In this document: positions 10,530 to 20,284 of the stretch, one piece after another | Position numbering within the stretch: the first letter of the stretch is position 1 | Layout of the letters: each line of letters begins with the position of its first letter | NCBI GenBank assembly: GCA_050011195.1 | Contig: JBEKJO010000011.1 | Location: forward strand, 4,958-68,957 | DNA length: 64,000 nucleotides | DNA from: Verrucomicrobiota bacterium | Lineage (GTDB): Bacteria > Verrucomicrobiota > Verrucomicrobiia > Limisphaerales > UBA8199 | Direction of reading: 5' to 3' | Position numbers and translations under genes: made by a program | The notes under the pieces: model-generated | The model's input: the letters and a program-made list of their open reading frames with translations, nothing else | The model's database searches: none | Told to the model about the DNA's origin: nothing

Positions 10530-11825
10530 GTGACCGAAATCCGACATTTGAAATCCCGATTCGTGAAGTGCCATGGACGCCGCACCCCGGCGGTCGCAGG
10601 GGGGGTGTGCTTGTTGCTGGGTCTCGTGACGGCAGCGCAGGGACAGGAGGCGGTTCGGATGTCAATGGCCAGCGCAGCGGCAGCGGAAGCGCAGCGCCAG
10701 GCAGCTTCGACTATCGGTTATTACAATCTGAAACTGGGCCCGACCGCCTGGAATTTCAGCGCAGGTCTGGGACTGGAATACAACGACAACGTCAATTACA
10801 CGCAGAATCATCCTGAAGGGGACTTTATCTTTCTTCCGCAGATCAACACGCGGCTGCTCTGGCCCGTTTCGGACCAGAACAGCATCAATCTTGCGCTGGG
10901 CGTCGGCTATTCGGCGTACGTTCAGCACTCCGAGCTAAGCCGGTATTTCATCACACCGGATTCCGGGTTGTCGTTCGATTTGTACGTCGGCGATTTCTGG
11001 ATCAATCTGCACGACCGGGTCTCCATAACGGAGAACAGCTACCAGGATCCGACTGTTGCGGGAACGGGAAACTACTCCCAGTTGCAGAACACTTTGGGCC
11101 AGGCCACCGTCTGGGACTTGAACAAGATCATCCTGCGCCTGGGCTACGACCATGTGAACTATGTCGTGTTAGCCGGCAATCAAGGGCGGCCGGATGGGCA
11201 GTCCGAAGTTTTTTCCTCCTCCGCCGGCTATACTCTCAAGCCCGGCACGTTGTTGGGCGTCGAGCTGGGCGGGTCGCTTATCAATTACACAACGACCACC
11301 ACGAACACGCTTTATAGCAATGCCGACCAATGGAATGTGGGCGGCTTTTACGACACGCCGGTGAGCGAATATATCCATTTCGTCGGACACGCCGGTTATA
11401 CTGTGTACTCCCCTCAATCGAGCGGGGCGATGACCACCAGCAGCGAGTTGAGGGGGTTTTATGCGCAACTCGCCCTCACGCACCGGGTCAACCAATATGT
11501 GGATTACTCGCTGAGCGCCGGCCGGTCCATCAGTGTTGCGCTCTTTGGGGGCACGATTGACTTATATTCTGTGAACTGGCAGGCCAACTGGAGGGTGTTG
11601 CACGAAATCAGTCTGGCCACGGCATTCGTTTACAACCACGGTTCGCAGGTGATCTCCGGCGGCGAGACGTTTGACCAGTATGGCCCGCAGATAACGCTCG
11701 GGCGGGCCCTGACGGCCAAACTCTCCAGCAGTTTGGCCTACCAGCTTTACTGGCGCGACTCGAATTTGCCGGGCCGGAATTACACGGTCAATATGGTGAC
11801 CTTGAGTCTTAACTACAGGTTTTAG
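10530..11825 (+). CDS. Putative outer-membrane beta-barrel protein of the polysaccharide-export cluster
   Basis: Signal peptide, alternating beta-strand-like pattern rich in Y/G/N/S, C-terminal ...LSLNYRF (terminal aromatic residue). The start is uncertain: GTG at 10530 or GTG at 10563. Confidence 0.55.
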   Translation: MTEIRHLKSRFVKCHGRRTPAVAGGVCLLLGLVTAAQGQEAVRMSMASAAAAEAQRQAASTIGYYNLKLGPTAWNFSAGLGLEYNDNVNYTQNHPEGDFIFLPQINTRLLWPVSDQNSINLALGVGYSAYVQHSELSRYFITPDSGLSFDLYVGDFWINLHDRVSITENSYQDPTVAGTGNYSQLQNTLGQATVWDLNKIILRLGYDHVNYVVLAGNQGRPDGQSEVFSSSAGYTLKPGTLLGVELGGSLINYTTTTTNTLYSNADQWNVGGFYDTPVSEYIHFVGHAGYTVYSPQSSGAMTTSSELRGFYAQLALTHRVNQYVDYSLSAGRSISVALFGGTIDLYSVNWQANWRVLHEISLATAFVYNHGSQVISGGETFDQYGPQITLGRALTAKLSSSLAYQLYWRDSNLPGRNYTVNMVTLSLNYRF

Positions 11826-11977
11826 ACCCCTGTCCCGTGGCCACGGGCGGCGATTTCAGGGCGTTCCAGCCCCCTCGGGCTTCCGCCCAATGCCGGCAGC
11901 AAAGTATTCTGAAAGAATGCTGGCATTTATTCTGCTATTTGATATAAGGACCACATACTGAGAAATTGAAGAAAGAC

Positions 11978-12778
11978 ATGAGGAAAGCATGTTCCGTCAT
12001 TCTGGCGTTGGCGGGTTTAGCCGCGCTGGCCCAGACGCCGCCCGCCGGCAAGGTGCCCAAAGAGCACGGCCCGGTGTTTATTGATTTTGGAGCGCTGGCC
12101 CAGCCGGCCCCGGCCAGCGACGCCGCGCCGGCCGCCATCACCGCGGCCACCAATGCCGCGCCGGCAACGCCGGCCACCAATGCCGCGCCAGCAACGCCGG
12201 CCACCAATGCCGCGCCGGCAACGCTGGCCAGCCTGGGGGGATATGTGCCCGACGATAAATACAAGCTCCGGGTAGGCGATAAGATCAGCCTCCAGATACT
12301 GGAGGACCGGGATGCGCCCAGAAGCCTGGTGGTGGCGGATTCCGGCGAGTTGGACGTGCCTTATGTTGGCCGGGTGTCGGCAGCAGACAAGACGTGCAAA
12401 CAACTCGCGGAGGAATTGAAGACGCAACTGGAAAAAGAATACTATTTTCAAGCCACGGTCGTTATCGCCCTGGACCTGGCGAACAAGTTGCTGGGCCGGA
12501 TTTATGTTTGGGGCCAAGTGCGCAATCAGGGGCCGATCGATATTGACGTCAATGAAAACCTGACCGCCGGCAAGGCCATTTTGCGCGCTGGCGGCTTTGC
12601 CGATTTTGCGAACAAGAAAAGGGTGAAAGTGGTCCGCGGCAACGCCGTGGAGAGCGGGGCCAAACAGACCTTTGAGCTGAACATGGTCGAGATTCTGGAG
12701 AAGGGAAAGCCCGAGAAAGACGTGATTCTGCGGCCGGATGATTTCATTATCGTCCCTTCCCGGCTGATTAGTTTTTGA
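11978..12778 (+). CDS. Polysaccharide biosynthesis/export protein (Wza-like; Poly_export + SLBB domains)
   Basis: Signal peptide MRKACSVILALAGLAALAQ. Motifs YKLRVGDKISLQILED...GELDVPYVGRVSAADKT, and an SLBB-like IYVWGQVRNQGPIDI. An in-frame TTG at 11966 is an alternative start. Confidence 0.85.
   Translation: MRKACSVILALAGLAALAQTPPAGKVPKEHGPVFIDFGALAQPAPASDAAPAAITAATNAAPATPATNAAPATPATNAAPATLASLGGYVPDDKYKLRVGDKISLQILEDRDAPRSLVVADSGELDVPYVGRVSAADKTCKQLAEELKTQLEKEYYFQATVVIALDLANKLLGRIYVWGQVRNQGPIDIDVNENLTAGKAILRAGGFADFANKKRVKVVRGNAVESGAKQTFELNMVEILEKGKPEKDVILRPDDFIIVPSRLISF
12146..12226 (+). repeat. Three tandem 27-bp in-frame repeats inside the Wza-like gene
   Basis: GCCACCAATGCCGCGCCGGCAACGCCG x3, with one substitution in each of copies 2 and 3. 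Encodes (ATNAAPATP)x3. Confidence 0.9.
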
Positions 12779-12795
12779 ACCCAATTCTGCCACGC

Positions 12796-15000
12796 ATGAA
12801 CGACCAAGCTGTTTCTCCCAGGCATGACCAGTCCACCTCGAGGGCGCATTTTCATGCGCGAGTGAGCCGCTACAAAAACCTGTTGCGGGAGAAATGGTGG
12901 GTGTTGGTTCTGGGCGCAGCGGTCGGATCGGCTGTTGCAGGCGTACTCGTCTGGTACGCGCCGCCATCCTTCGTCTCGGTCGGACGGATGATTGTGAGCA
13001 TCAAGCTGGCCATCCCGGAAGGGTCGGTCTATACGGAGGAGCTGAGCAATTTTCTGGGAACGCAAGTGGCGCTGATGCAAAGCATGGTGGTCATCAACCG
13101 GGCGCATGGCCGGGTGACGGCGCAGAAGCCAGAGGTGGGGATGCATCCCGTGAAGCTGAAGGTTTCCATCTTGCCCAAAACCACGATCTTCGTGCTGCAG
13201 GCCACCGGGCGCGACCCGGATTACACGCAGGCCTTCCTGCAAGCCTGCATGGAGGAGTATATCGCCCTGAAAAGAGAAATGCGGCTGCAAACGTCCGACA
13301 CGACGGTAGCCGGCCTGACCGAAGAGGTCATGCGGCTGGAGAAGAACCTGCGCAAGGCCGAGGAGGATCTGGCTGAATTCCAGAGCACAAACAGCGTGGT
13401 GTTTTTCCGGGAGGAAGTCTTCTTCGCTGGCAACTACCTGGACGCGTTGAACCAGCGCCTGGCCGCGCAGAAGTCCGAGTATGAGCTGTTGCAGATGCTG
13501 ACGCTGGATCAGAGCCTCGCTCGCCAGCGGGAGACCGGCGGAGCGTTGCCCGTGGCGAATGCGCTGCCGCTGGACCAAGGCAAATCTCACCAGCAGGAAG
13601 GCAACGGAACGTCACCCCTGGCGGCTGACTCGACCGCCCAGTCCGCCGCGGCCGGCGGCGACCGAACGGACACCGATTACTTCAAGGCGCAACAGGAGTT
13701 GCTCTTGCTGAAGGCCGAACTGCAGGAGCAGGGCCGGTACCTGAAACCCAAGCACCCGAAGTTGATCTCGATGAAGGAAGAGGTCGCCCGGCGGGAGGAG
13801 TTGCTGAAGATTTATCGCAACCAGGGCGAGGAGCAGTTGCAGAGCCGGAAGGGGATGCTGGCCTTGGAGATTCAAATTCTTGAGAAAGAAGTGAAGGAAT
13901 GGACTGCGAGCACCCTGGCCATCCAGGAAAAAGCGGAGGAATACCAAAGGCTCAAGGCGAATTCGGAGAGAATCCAGGCGCTCTACGACCGGTTGCTCGG
14001 CACGATGCAAACGCTGGATGTCAATAAGGAAATCAGCCCCGAAAGCGTCACGGTCATGGAAAAGGCGTCCCCGGGGTATCCCGACCTGCCCGACCTGTCG
14101 GAAAGAGTGGCGATCGGCAGTCTGGTGGGCTTGGCGCTGGGCGTTGCGCTGCTGCTCTTGCTCGACCGGCTGGATGATCGGATAAATTCCTTCACCGAAC
14201 TGCAGGACCTGTTTGATGAAGACGTCGTCGGCCAGATTCCCAGGGAGAGATCCGTCAGGTCAACGAAGCAGACGGGCTTGATCGAGCCTGATGATGCGCG
14301 TCATACCTTCGTGGAAGCGTACCGGAACCTTCGGTCCTCCTTGCTGTATATGGCAGAAACGGGTGAGCGGCCGAAAACCATCCTCGTGACCAGTTCGCTG
14401 CCGAATGACGGCAAGTCTCTTACCGCCGCCAATCTGGCCATTGCGATGGCCGGCGGCGGCTCCCGCGTGTTGCTGGTTGATGCCGACTTGCGCAAGGGGG
14501 CCCAGGCCCGTCCGTTCGGCGTTCCGGCTCAGCCGGGGCTATCGGAAGTGCTTTCCGCGGGAGCACCTTGGGAACCGGCAGTTCATGCTACCAAATTCAG
14601 CAATCTGTTTCTGCTCCCCGCCGGCGCCGTCACGACCCAATCCAGCGAATTGTTTCTCCGCGAGGTAACGAAAAAATTCCTGCAGGATGCCGCCAGCAAG
14701 TACGATTACGTGATATTGGACACCGTCCCGGTGATGGCGGCCGATGATGTGACGAGCCTTGCGCCGCAGGTGGACGGCGTGCTCTTTGTCGTCCGCGCTG
14801 TGTTTACCTCCGCTCGCGTGGCCCGCGCGGCTCTGGAATCGCTGTATCAACGCCGGGTCCGCGTGCTCGGCCTGGTGTTCAACGCGGTCCGTCCAAGCTC
14901 CGTCGATTACTACTATTACTACAGGTACAAAGATTACTATAAGGGCTATGCCGCCGCAGGTGCCGGGCCGAAGCAACCGGAGCGGACGGGCAAGGCCTGA
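12796..15000 (+). CDS. Polysaccharide co-polymerase / tyrosine autokinase (Wzc/GumC-like)
   Basis: N-terminal Wzz-like TM domain, then a long coiled coil. Walker A is SSLPNDGKSLTAANLA, A' is LLVDADLRKG, and B is YVILDTVP. C-terminal tyrosine cluster VDYYYYYRYKDYYKGY. A TTG at 12775 overlapping the upstream stop is an alternative start. Confidence 0.9.
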   Translation: MNDQAVSPRHDQSTSRAHFHARVSRYKNLLREKWWVLVLGAAVGSAVAGVLVWYAPPSFVSVGRMIVSIKLAIPEGSVYTEELSNFLGTQVALMQSMVVINRAHGRVTAQKPEVGMHPVKLKVSILPKTTIFVLQATGRDPDYTQAFLQACMEEYIALKREMRLQTSDTTVAGLTEEVMRLEKNLRKAEEDLAEFQSTNSVVFFREEVFFAGNYLDALNQRLAAQKSEYELLQMLTLDQSLARQRETGGALPVANALPLDQGKSHQQEGNGTSPLAADSTAQSAAAGGDRTDTDYFKAQQELLLLKAELQEQGRYLKPKHPKLISMKEEVARREELLKIYRNQGEEQLQSRKGMLALEIQILEKEVKEWTASTLAIQEKAEEYQRLKANSERIQALYDRLLGTMQTLDVNKEISPESVTVMEKASPGYPDLPDLSERVAIGSLVGLALGVALLLLLDRLDDRINSFTELQDLFDEDVVGQIPRERSVRSTKQTGLIEPDDARHTFVEAYRNLRSSLLYMAETGERPKTILVTSSLPNDGKSLTAANLAIAMAGGGSRVLLVDADLRKGAQARPFGVPAQPGLSEVLSAGAPWEPAVHATKFSNLFLLPAGAVTTQSSELFLREVTKKFLQDAASKYDYVILDTVPVMAADDVTSLAPQVDGVLFVVRAVFTSARVARAALESLYQRRVRVLGLVFNAVRPSSVDYYYYYRYKDYYKGYAAAGAGPKQPERTGKA

Positions 15001-15318
15001 GTGCGATAGATACCGCGGGCCATGGGCCAAAGTAGATGTCCGAACATACGCCAGCGTGGTTTTGAGTTCGCTCGCAACCCAAGCATGAGCACCTTGCGGC
15101 GGCGCACCTTGAGAGGGACTTGGACCTCGAGGTTTGTTTGCTGCGTATTCCGTTCAAACGCGCCACTCTGCGTGGCGCCGGTGTGGTGTACGGAGCCCCC
15201 GTACCCCAATGACCTGTTCGCGCGGTTTGACTTGGCGGCCTGCCTCCGCCGAGTTTGCCACGCCCGGGGCGTTCGTGGCGTGGTTCGTCAAGAGAATGAA
15301 ACCGGCAGGAGAAGTGAA

Positions 15319-16782
15319 ATGAGAATGAGTATGAGACTCGCTGGACGCGTCCTTCTTAACGGGTCGGTGGCCGCTGCGGTTGCCCTTCTCCTGTTTGTCG
15401 GCTGTAAGACCGGGACGGGGTCTAGGTCGGCCGGCGGCAGACGGGCGTTGACTTCGCGAGAAGCCTTCGACATCGCCACCGAAGCCTACATCTTCGGCTA
15501 CCCCCTCGTTATGATGGACATGACGCGGCGAGTGATGACCAATGTGCGCGAGCCGGAAGGGATGCGTGCTCCGCTGGGCCAGTTCGCGCGGACCCGGACC
15601 TATCCGCTCGCCTCGAACCACGATGTCACCATTCCCAATGCCGACACGCTCTACACCACCGTTTGGCTGGATGTCTCCCGGGAGCCTTGGGTCCTGAGCC
15701 TCCCGGACGCGAAGGGCCGCTACGCCCTGTTCCCCATACTGGACGGCTGGACCACGGTGTTCGGCGCGCCCGGCAAACGCACAACCGGCACCGGCCCGCA
15801 GAAATATGCCATTACCGGCCCCGGCTGGAAGGGCAAACTGCCAGCCGATTTGAAGGAATACAAGGCGCCCACCAGCATCGTGTGGGTGCTCGGCCGAATT
15901 TACTGCACGGGCACGCCGGAAGATTACGCAGCCGTGCATGCAATGCAGGACCAGTGCTCGGCGGTGCCGCTCAGCTCATACGGGAAGCCCTGCACGCCGC
16001 CGCCGGGACAGATTGATCCGGGCATAGACATGAGGAGAACGGTGCGCGAGCAGGTCAGCAGCCTGGGTATGGCCGATTACCTCAACCGGCTCGCCATCTT
16101 GATGAAGGACAATCCACCCGCCCACGCCGACGCGCGGATGGTTAAGAAGATGGCGCGGCTGGGCATTGTGCCGGGGCAATCTTTCGACATAAACCGGCTC
16201 GACCCCGCCGTGATTCAGGTCCTCGAAACCGTCCCCAGGACCGCCTTTGGCAAAATCATGGCCTGGTTCACGGAAGGAGCCAAGGCCGGCGACTGGACTT
16301 CCCAGAACGGCTGGAGGTGGACCCTGAAGACCGGCGCCTACGATGCCGACTACACACAACGGGCCTTGGTTGCAGCGATTGCCCTGGGCGCCAACCGCCC
16401 GCAGGACACCGTCTATGCGATCTCGACGGTGGACGGAACCGGGCAGCCCTACACCGGCAACAGCAGCTACGTGATGCACTTTGCGCCAGGGCAGGCTCCC
16501 AGCGCCAACGGGTTCTGGTCGCTGACGATGTACGACGGTGATTACTTCTTCGTGGATAACCCGCTCGGCCGCTACACACTCAGCGCGCGAGACCAATTGA
16601 AGTTCAATCTCGACGGTTCGCTGGACCTCTGCATCCAGAAGTACCCCCCGAGCGTGGACAAGGAATCCAACTGGCTCCCGGCGCCGGAAGGGAAATTCAT
16701 CCTCATGCTGCGGTTCTACTGGCCGAAGGAATCCGTGATCAGCGGCTCCTGGCAGATTCCTCCCGTGAAGCGGGCGGATTAA
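15319..16782 (+). CDS. DUF1254/DUF1214 domain-containing lipoprotein
   Basis: Start at MRMSMRL, preceded by GGAGAA. Lipobox LLLFVGC. YIFGYPLVMMD and PNADTLYT are DUF1254-type; FWSLTMYD is DUF1214-type. The 99 upstream in-frame codons look non-coding. Confidence 0.85.
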   Translation: MRMSMRLAGRVLLNGSVAAAVALLLFVGCKTGTGSRSAGGRRALTSREAFDIATEAYIFGYPLVMMDMTRRVMTNVREPEGMRAPLGQFARTRTYPLASNHDVTIPNADTLYTTVWLDVSREPWVLSLPDAKGRYALFPILDGWTTVFGAPGKRTTGTGPQKYAITGPGWKGKLPADLKEYKAPTSIVWVLGRIYCTGTPEDYAAVHAMQDQCSAVPLSSYGKPCTPPPGQIDPGIDMRRTVREQVSSLGMADYLNRLAILMKDNPPAHADARMVKKMARLGIVPGQSFDINRLDPAVIQVLETVPRTAFGKIMAWFTEGAKAGDWTSQNGWRWTLKTGAYDADYTQRALVAAIALGANRPQDTVYAISTVDGTGQPYTGNSSYVMHFAPGQAPSANGFWSLTMYDGDYFFVDNPLGRYTLSARDQLKFNLDGSLDLCIQKYPPSVDKESNWLPAPEGKFILMLRFYWPKESVISGSWQIPPVKRAD

Positions 16783-16792
16783 CGCCAATCGT

Positions 16793-17803
16793 TCACCTGG
16801 ACAAGCCCGGACGAAGGACCTTTCGGGCAGCTTGCCTGACCCACTGAGCCAACGCGGCGGGACGGATGACGACGGCTTCGCCTCCCCAACTGAGCACCCA
16901 CCGCCCCACTTCCGAAAGGCTGGTCAGTCTCAGGCGCAGTTCGACCCCGCCCTGCTTGAGCTCACGCAGTTGCTGCGAATCGTGCCACTTCTTTTCGCGG
17001 ATGTACTCGGCGACAGCCTGGTTGAAGCGGATGACCACGTCGAATTCACCATGACCGGACTGGACGCCGAAACTGCCGCGCAGACGCTTGTCCAGCGAAA
17101 ACGTTCGCCGGCGCTCGAAGGTTTTGCCGGTGGGGCGGAGGGCTTTGATGCGCGCGGGGACGAACGTGCGGAGGTCTTGGCGGCGGTGATCGAAAGCGAA
17201 AAGGAACCACTCGCCGTTGATGTTGGCCAGGTGATACGGATCGACAACGCGTTGCTCGGGTTCCGGCTGGCCGGGTTTGCGATAGGTCAGCTCGAGCTGC
17301 CGGCGCCCCGCCGTCGCCTTGGCGAGTGCATCAAAGATCTCCAGGTCCAGAATCGGCACGGCGCGCGTGCGGAAGGAGATCGTCTGCGCCACGTCGCTAA
17401 GGCTGAGCGAAATGGTTTCGGGGAGGGACCGCTCCATTTTCTTGAGGGCGCTGAGCAGCGGCTGTTCGAAGCTGGTGCCGCGATATTGCTGGAGCGCCCT
17501 CTCGGCCACGACGAGCGCGAAGATTTCGCCTTCCGTGATCTGAAGCGTGGGAAAGGCCTTGACGTGCTCCGTGTAGAAATATCCGAACCGCCTGCCGTCG
17601 TACTCGAGCGGCAGCCCCAGCCGCTCGCGCATGAACTCCAGGTCGCGGTGAATGGACTTGGTGCTGACTTCCAACTGGCGAGCGAGCGTGGTGGCGTTCG
17701 GATAACTCCCCGCCTGCAGGGCCTGATGAATGCGCAGCATCCGCTCGAGCGGCGGGCGGGAGTGTGGCTGCTCGCTTCCAGGCCTGGCGTCTAACGACCT
17801 CAA
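16793..17803 (-). CDS. HTH + WYL domain transcriptional regulator
   Basis: N-terminal wHTH (YPNATTLARQLEVSTKSIHRDLEFMRERLGLPLEYD). WYL-type core (VDPYHLANINGEWFLFAFDHRRQDLRTFVPARI). Confidence 0.85.
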   Translation of the reverse strand: MRSLDARPGSEQPHSRPPLERMLRIHQALQAGSYPNATTLARQLEVSTKSIHRDLEFMRERLGLPLEYDGRRFGYFYTEHVKAFPTLQITEGEIFALVVAERALQQYRGTSFEQPLLSALKKMERSLPETISLSLSDVAQTISFRTRAVPILDLEIFDALAKATAGRRQLELTYRKPGQPEPEQRVVDPYHLANINGEWFLFAFDHRRQDLRTFVPARIKALRPTGKTFERRRTFSLDKRLRGSFGVQSGHGEFDVVIRFNQAVAEYIREKKWHDSQQLRELKQGGVELRLRLTSLSEVGRWVLSWGGEAVVIRPAALAQWVRQAARKVLRPGLSR

Positions 17804-17840
17804 TGCTTCAACGTATTAGCGTTTTTGACCTTCCACCGCC

Positions 17841-18983
17841 TCACAGAAGCTTGGCCAGCAGTTCATCGTTCGTCTTGTGCTTCCTGAGCGCGGCGATGAG
17901 GGTTTCCATCGCTTCAACCGGGTTCAAATCTACCATCGTGCGGCGGAGCTTGCGCACGGCCTCAATCTGGTTTTTGGGAAAGAGTTTCTCCTCCTTGCGC
18001 GTCCCGCTCTTGGGGATGTCGATAGACGGGAATAGGCGTCGGTCCGAAAGCTTGCGGTCGAGAATCAACTCCATGTTGCCGGTGCCTTTGAACTCCTGGA
18101 AGATCAGCTCGTCCATGCGCGAGCCGGTGTCCACCAGCGCGGTAGCCAGGATGGTCATTGACCCGCCTTCTTCGATCTTGCGGGCCGAGGCGAACATCTT
18201 GCGCGGGATTTCCAGGGCGCGCGCATCCACGCCGCCCGTCATCGTGCGGCCGCTGCCGCCGTGGACGCTGTTGTAGGCGCGCGCCACGCGGGTAATGGAG
18301 TCGAGCAGCACAAACACGTCCTTGCCCGCTTCCACCATGCGCCGGCAGCGCTCGATCATAAAGCGCGAGAGGCGCACGTGCGTCTCCAAATCCTGGTCGT
18401 TGGACGACGCCACCACTTCGGCCTTCACCGAGCGCTGGAAATCGGTGACTTCCTCCGGGCGCTCGTCGATGAGCAGGACCAGCACATGCACTTCCGGATG
18501 GTTGGCGGTGATGGCATTGGCAATCTGCTTGAGAATGGTGGTCTTGCCGGTGCGCGGCGGAGCCACGATCAGACCGCGCGTGCCTTTGCCCAGCGGCGTC
18601 ACCATGTCGATGACCCGCGTCTCGATGAGGTCGGGGCTGGTCTCGAGCTTGAACTTCTCGATCGGGTCGATGGTGGTCAGGTTCTCGAACCGCACGACCT
18701 TGGTATAGTCCTCGAAGGCTATGTCGTTGACTTTATCCACTGACTTAAGTTGCGGGCTGTTGCCGCGGTGCGGGGGTTGCGTGGGGCCCGCCACCTGGCT
18801 GCCTTCACGGAGGAAATTCCGCTTGATCGTGTCCGGTGTGACGAAGATGTCCGCCGGCTTGGGATGGAAATGGTTCTCGGCTGTCCGGAGGAAGCCGAAG
18901 CCCTTTTCGGAGATTTCCAAATAACCGGAACCGTAATCGGCGGTTGCAGTGTTCTTGCTGTCGCTGTTGGTTGCTGTGCTCAT
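17841..18983 (-). CDS. rho: Transcription termination factor Rho (short N-terminus)
   Basis: GFGFLR cold-shock-like RNA-binding domain, Walker A APPRTGKTT, LLIDERPEEVT, and a full RecA-type domain. ATG at 18983 is preferred over the in-frame GTG at 19034. Confidence 0.93.
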   Translation of the reverse strand: MSTATNSDSKNTATADYGSGYLEISEKGFGFLRTAENHFHPKPADIFVTPDTIKRNFLREGSQVAGPTQPPHRGNSPQLKSVDKVNDIAFEDYTKVVRFENLTTIDPIEKFKLETSPDLIETRVIDMVTPLGKGTRGLIVAPPRTGKTTILKQIANAITANHPEVHVLVLLIDERPEEVTDFQRSVKAEVVASSNDQDLETHVRLSRFMIERCRRMVEAGKDVFVLLDSITRVARAYNSVHGGSGRTMTGGVDARALEIPRKMFASARKIEEGGSMTILATALVDTGSRMDELIFQEFKGTGNMELILDRKLSDRRLFPSIDIPKSGTRKEEKLFPKNQIEAVRKLRRTMVDLNPVEAMETLIAALRKHKTNDELLAKLL

Positions 18984-19171
18984 ACTACTCTGTGTGTTAT
19001 CGAAGGTTTTCCAAATTGAATCCCCGAAAACCACTTATGAACTTTGAATTCTTGGGAAGCTACTGCGGCGGCTTGCCATCAACTCGCCCGCCATCCGCAG
19101 TTAACAGACCTTCGATATCGCTATAATTACCGGTAATTCCCGGGCCGTGCAACAAGTTTTTTCAACAAATA

Positions 19172-20155
19172 TTACCCGCCCACCTGAGCCCTGGCCTCGA
19201 CCGCCAGGGGGGTGCTCAGGTAGCGCTCGCCGGTGGAGCAGGCCACGGTGACGATCAGCTTGCCCCTGTTCTCGGGCCGCCGGGCGACCTGAATGGCAGC
19301 CCAGACGTTGGCGCCCGAAGAAATGCCCGCCAGGATGCCTTCCTCTTTGGCCAATCGCCGCGCCATGGCGAACGAGTCCTCGTTGGTGACCTGAATGCAC
19401 TCGACGATCTGCGGGTTGCCCTCCGCGTCCTGCAGATGGAGGTTCTTCGGGATAAAGCCAGCGCCCGTCCCCTGAATCTTGTGTGGGCCAGGCCTTAATG
19501 GCTGGCCGGCGAGGGCCTGCGAAATGACCGGCGAATCTCTCGGCTCGACGGCGATGGCCTGGAAGGAGGGCTTGCGCCCCTTGATCGCTTCACAACAGCC
19601 CGTCAGGGTCCCGCCGGTGCCCACGGCCGCCACCAGAATATCGACCTTGCCATCCGTGTCCTCCCAGATTTCCTCAGCCGTGGTCTGGCGATGAATCTCC
19701 GGGTTGGCCGGGTTGTCAAACTGCTGCGGGATCCAGGCGCGCGGGGTATCCTTGGCCAATTGCTCCGCCTTGGCGATGGCCCCTTTCATGCCTTCGGTGC
19801 CGGGCGTCAGGACCAGCCTGGCCCCGAGCATCGCCAGCAGCGTGCGGCGCTCCAGCGACATCGTTTCCGGCATGGTGAGAATGATCTGGTAACCCTTGGC
19901 CGCCGCCACGAAGGCCAGCGCGATGCCGGTGTTGCCGCTCGTAGGCTCGATGATCACCGTGTCCTTCTTGAGTGCCCCGCGCTTCTCCGCCTCTTCAATC
20001 ATCGCCAGGCCGATCCGGTCCTTCACACTGCCCAGCGGATTGAAGAACTCGCACTTCAGCAGGATCGTGGCCGGCGCGCCGTCCGTGACCTTATTCAAGC
20101 GCACCAGCGGCGTGTGCCCGACTGTTTCGACGATGTTGTTGTATATGCGACCCAT
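19172..20155 (-). CDS. cysK: Cysteine synthase A (O-acetylserine sulfhydrylase)
   Basis: Full-length match to the CysK pattern: [20 protein letters not shown] (PLP lysine), [18 protein letters not shown]. Confidence 0.95.
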   Translation of the reverse strand: MGRIYNNIVETVGHTPLVRLNKVTDGAPATILLKCEFFNPLGSVKDRIGLAMIEEAEKRGALKKDTVIIEPTSGNTGIALAFVAAAKGYQIILTMPETMSLERRTLLAMLGARLVLTPGTEGMKGAIAKAEQLAKDTPRAWIPQQFDNPANPEIHRQTTAEEIWEDTDGKVDILVAAVGTGGTLTGCCEAIKGRKPSFQAIAVEPRDSPVISQALAGQPLRPGPHKIQGTGAGFIPKNLHLQDAEGNPQIVECIQVTNEDSFAMARRLAKEEGILAGISSGANVWAAIQVARRPENRGKLIVTVACSTGERYLSTPLAVEARAQVGG

Positions 20156-20238
20156 AAAACGTCAGAATGTGTTCGCGAACCTCTAATCCCGGTTCGCGTG
20201 CGAGGCAATGTCCACCGGATGCCAGGCGCGGGCAAGTG

Positions 20239-20284
20239 GAAAAAACATAAAGTCCCTGCCCGGCCTTGCGGCCGAACAGGGACT
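20239..20284 (-). terminator. Strong intrinsic terminator about 85 nt upstream of the cysK start
   Basis: Minus strand reads AGTCCCTG-TT-CGGCC-GCAA-GGCCG-GG-CAGGGACT followed by TTATGTTTTTTCC. Confidence 0.6.

Noticed and set aside
15022-15318. The 99-codon N-terminal extension of the DUF1254/DUF1214 ORF.
   Set aside because: The extension is Arg/Cys-rich and not protein-like. A lipoprotein signal peptide with an upstream GGAGAA begins at 15319. The region more plausibly holds two leader hairpins (GCGCCAC...GTGGCGC and CCACGCC...GGCGTGG).
16793-17803. The WYL-domain regulator was considered as a marker of a defence island.
   Set aside because: Its neighbours are rho and a DUF1254/DUF1214 lipoprotein. 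No nuclease, helicase, ATPase or other defence-type genes are adjacent.
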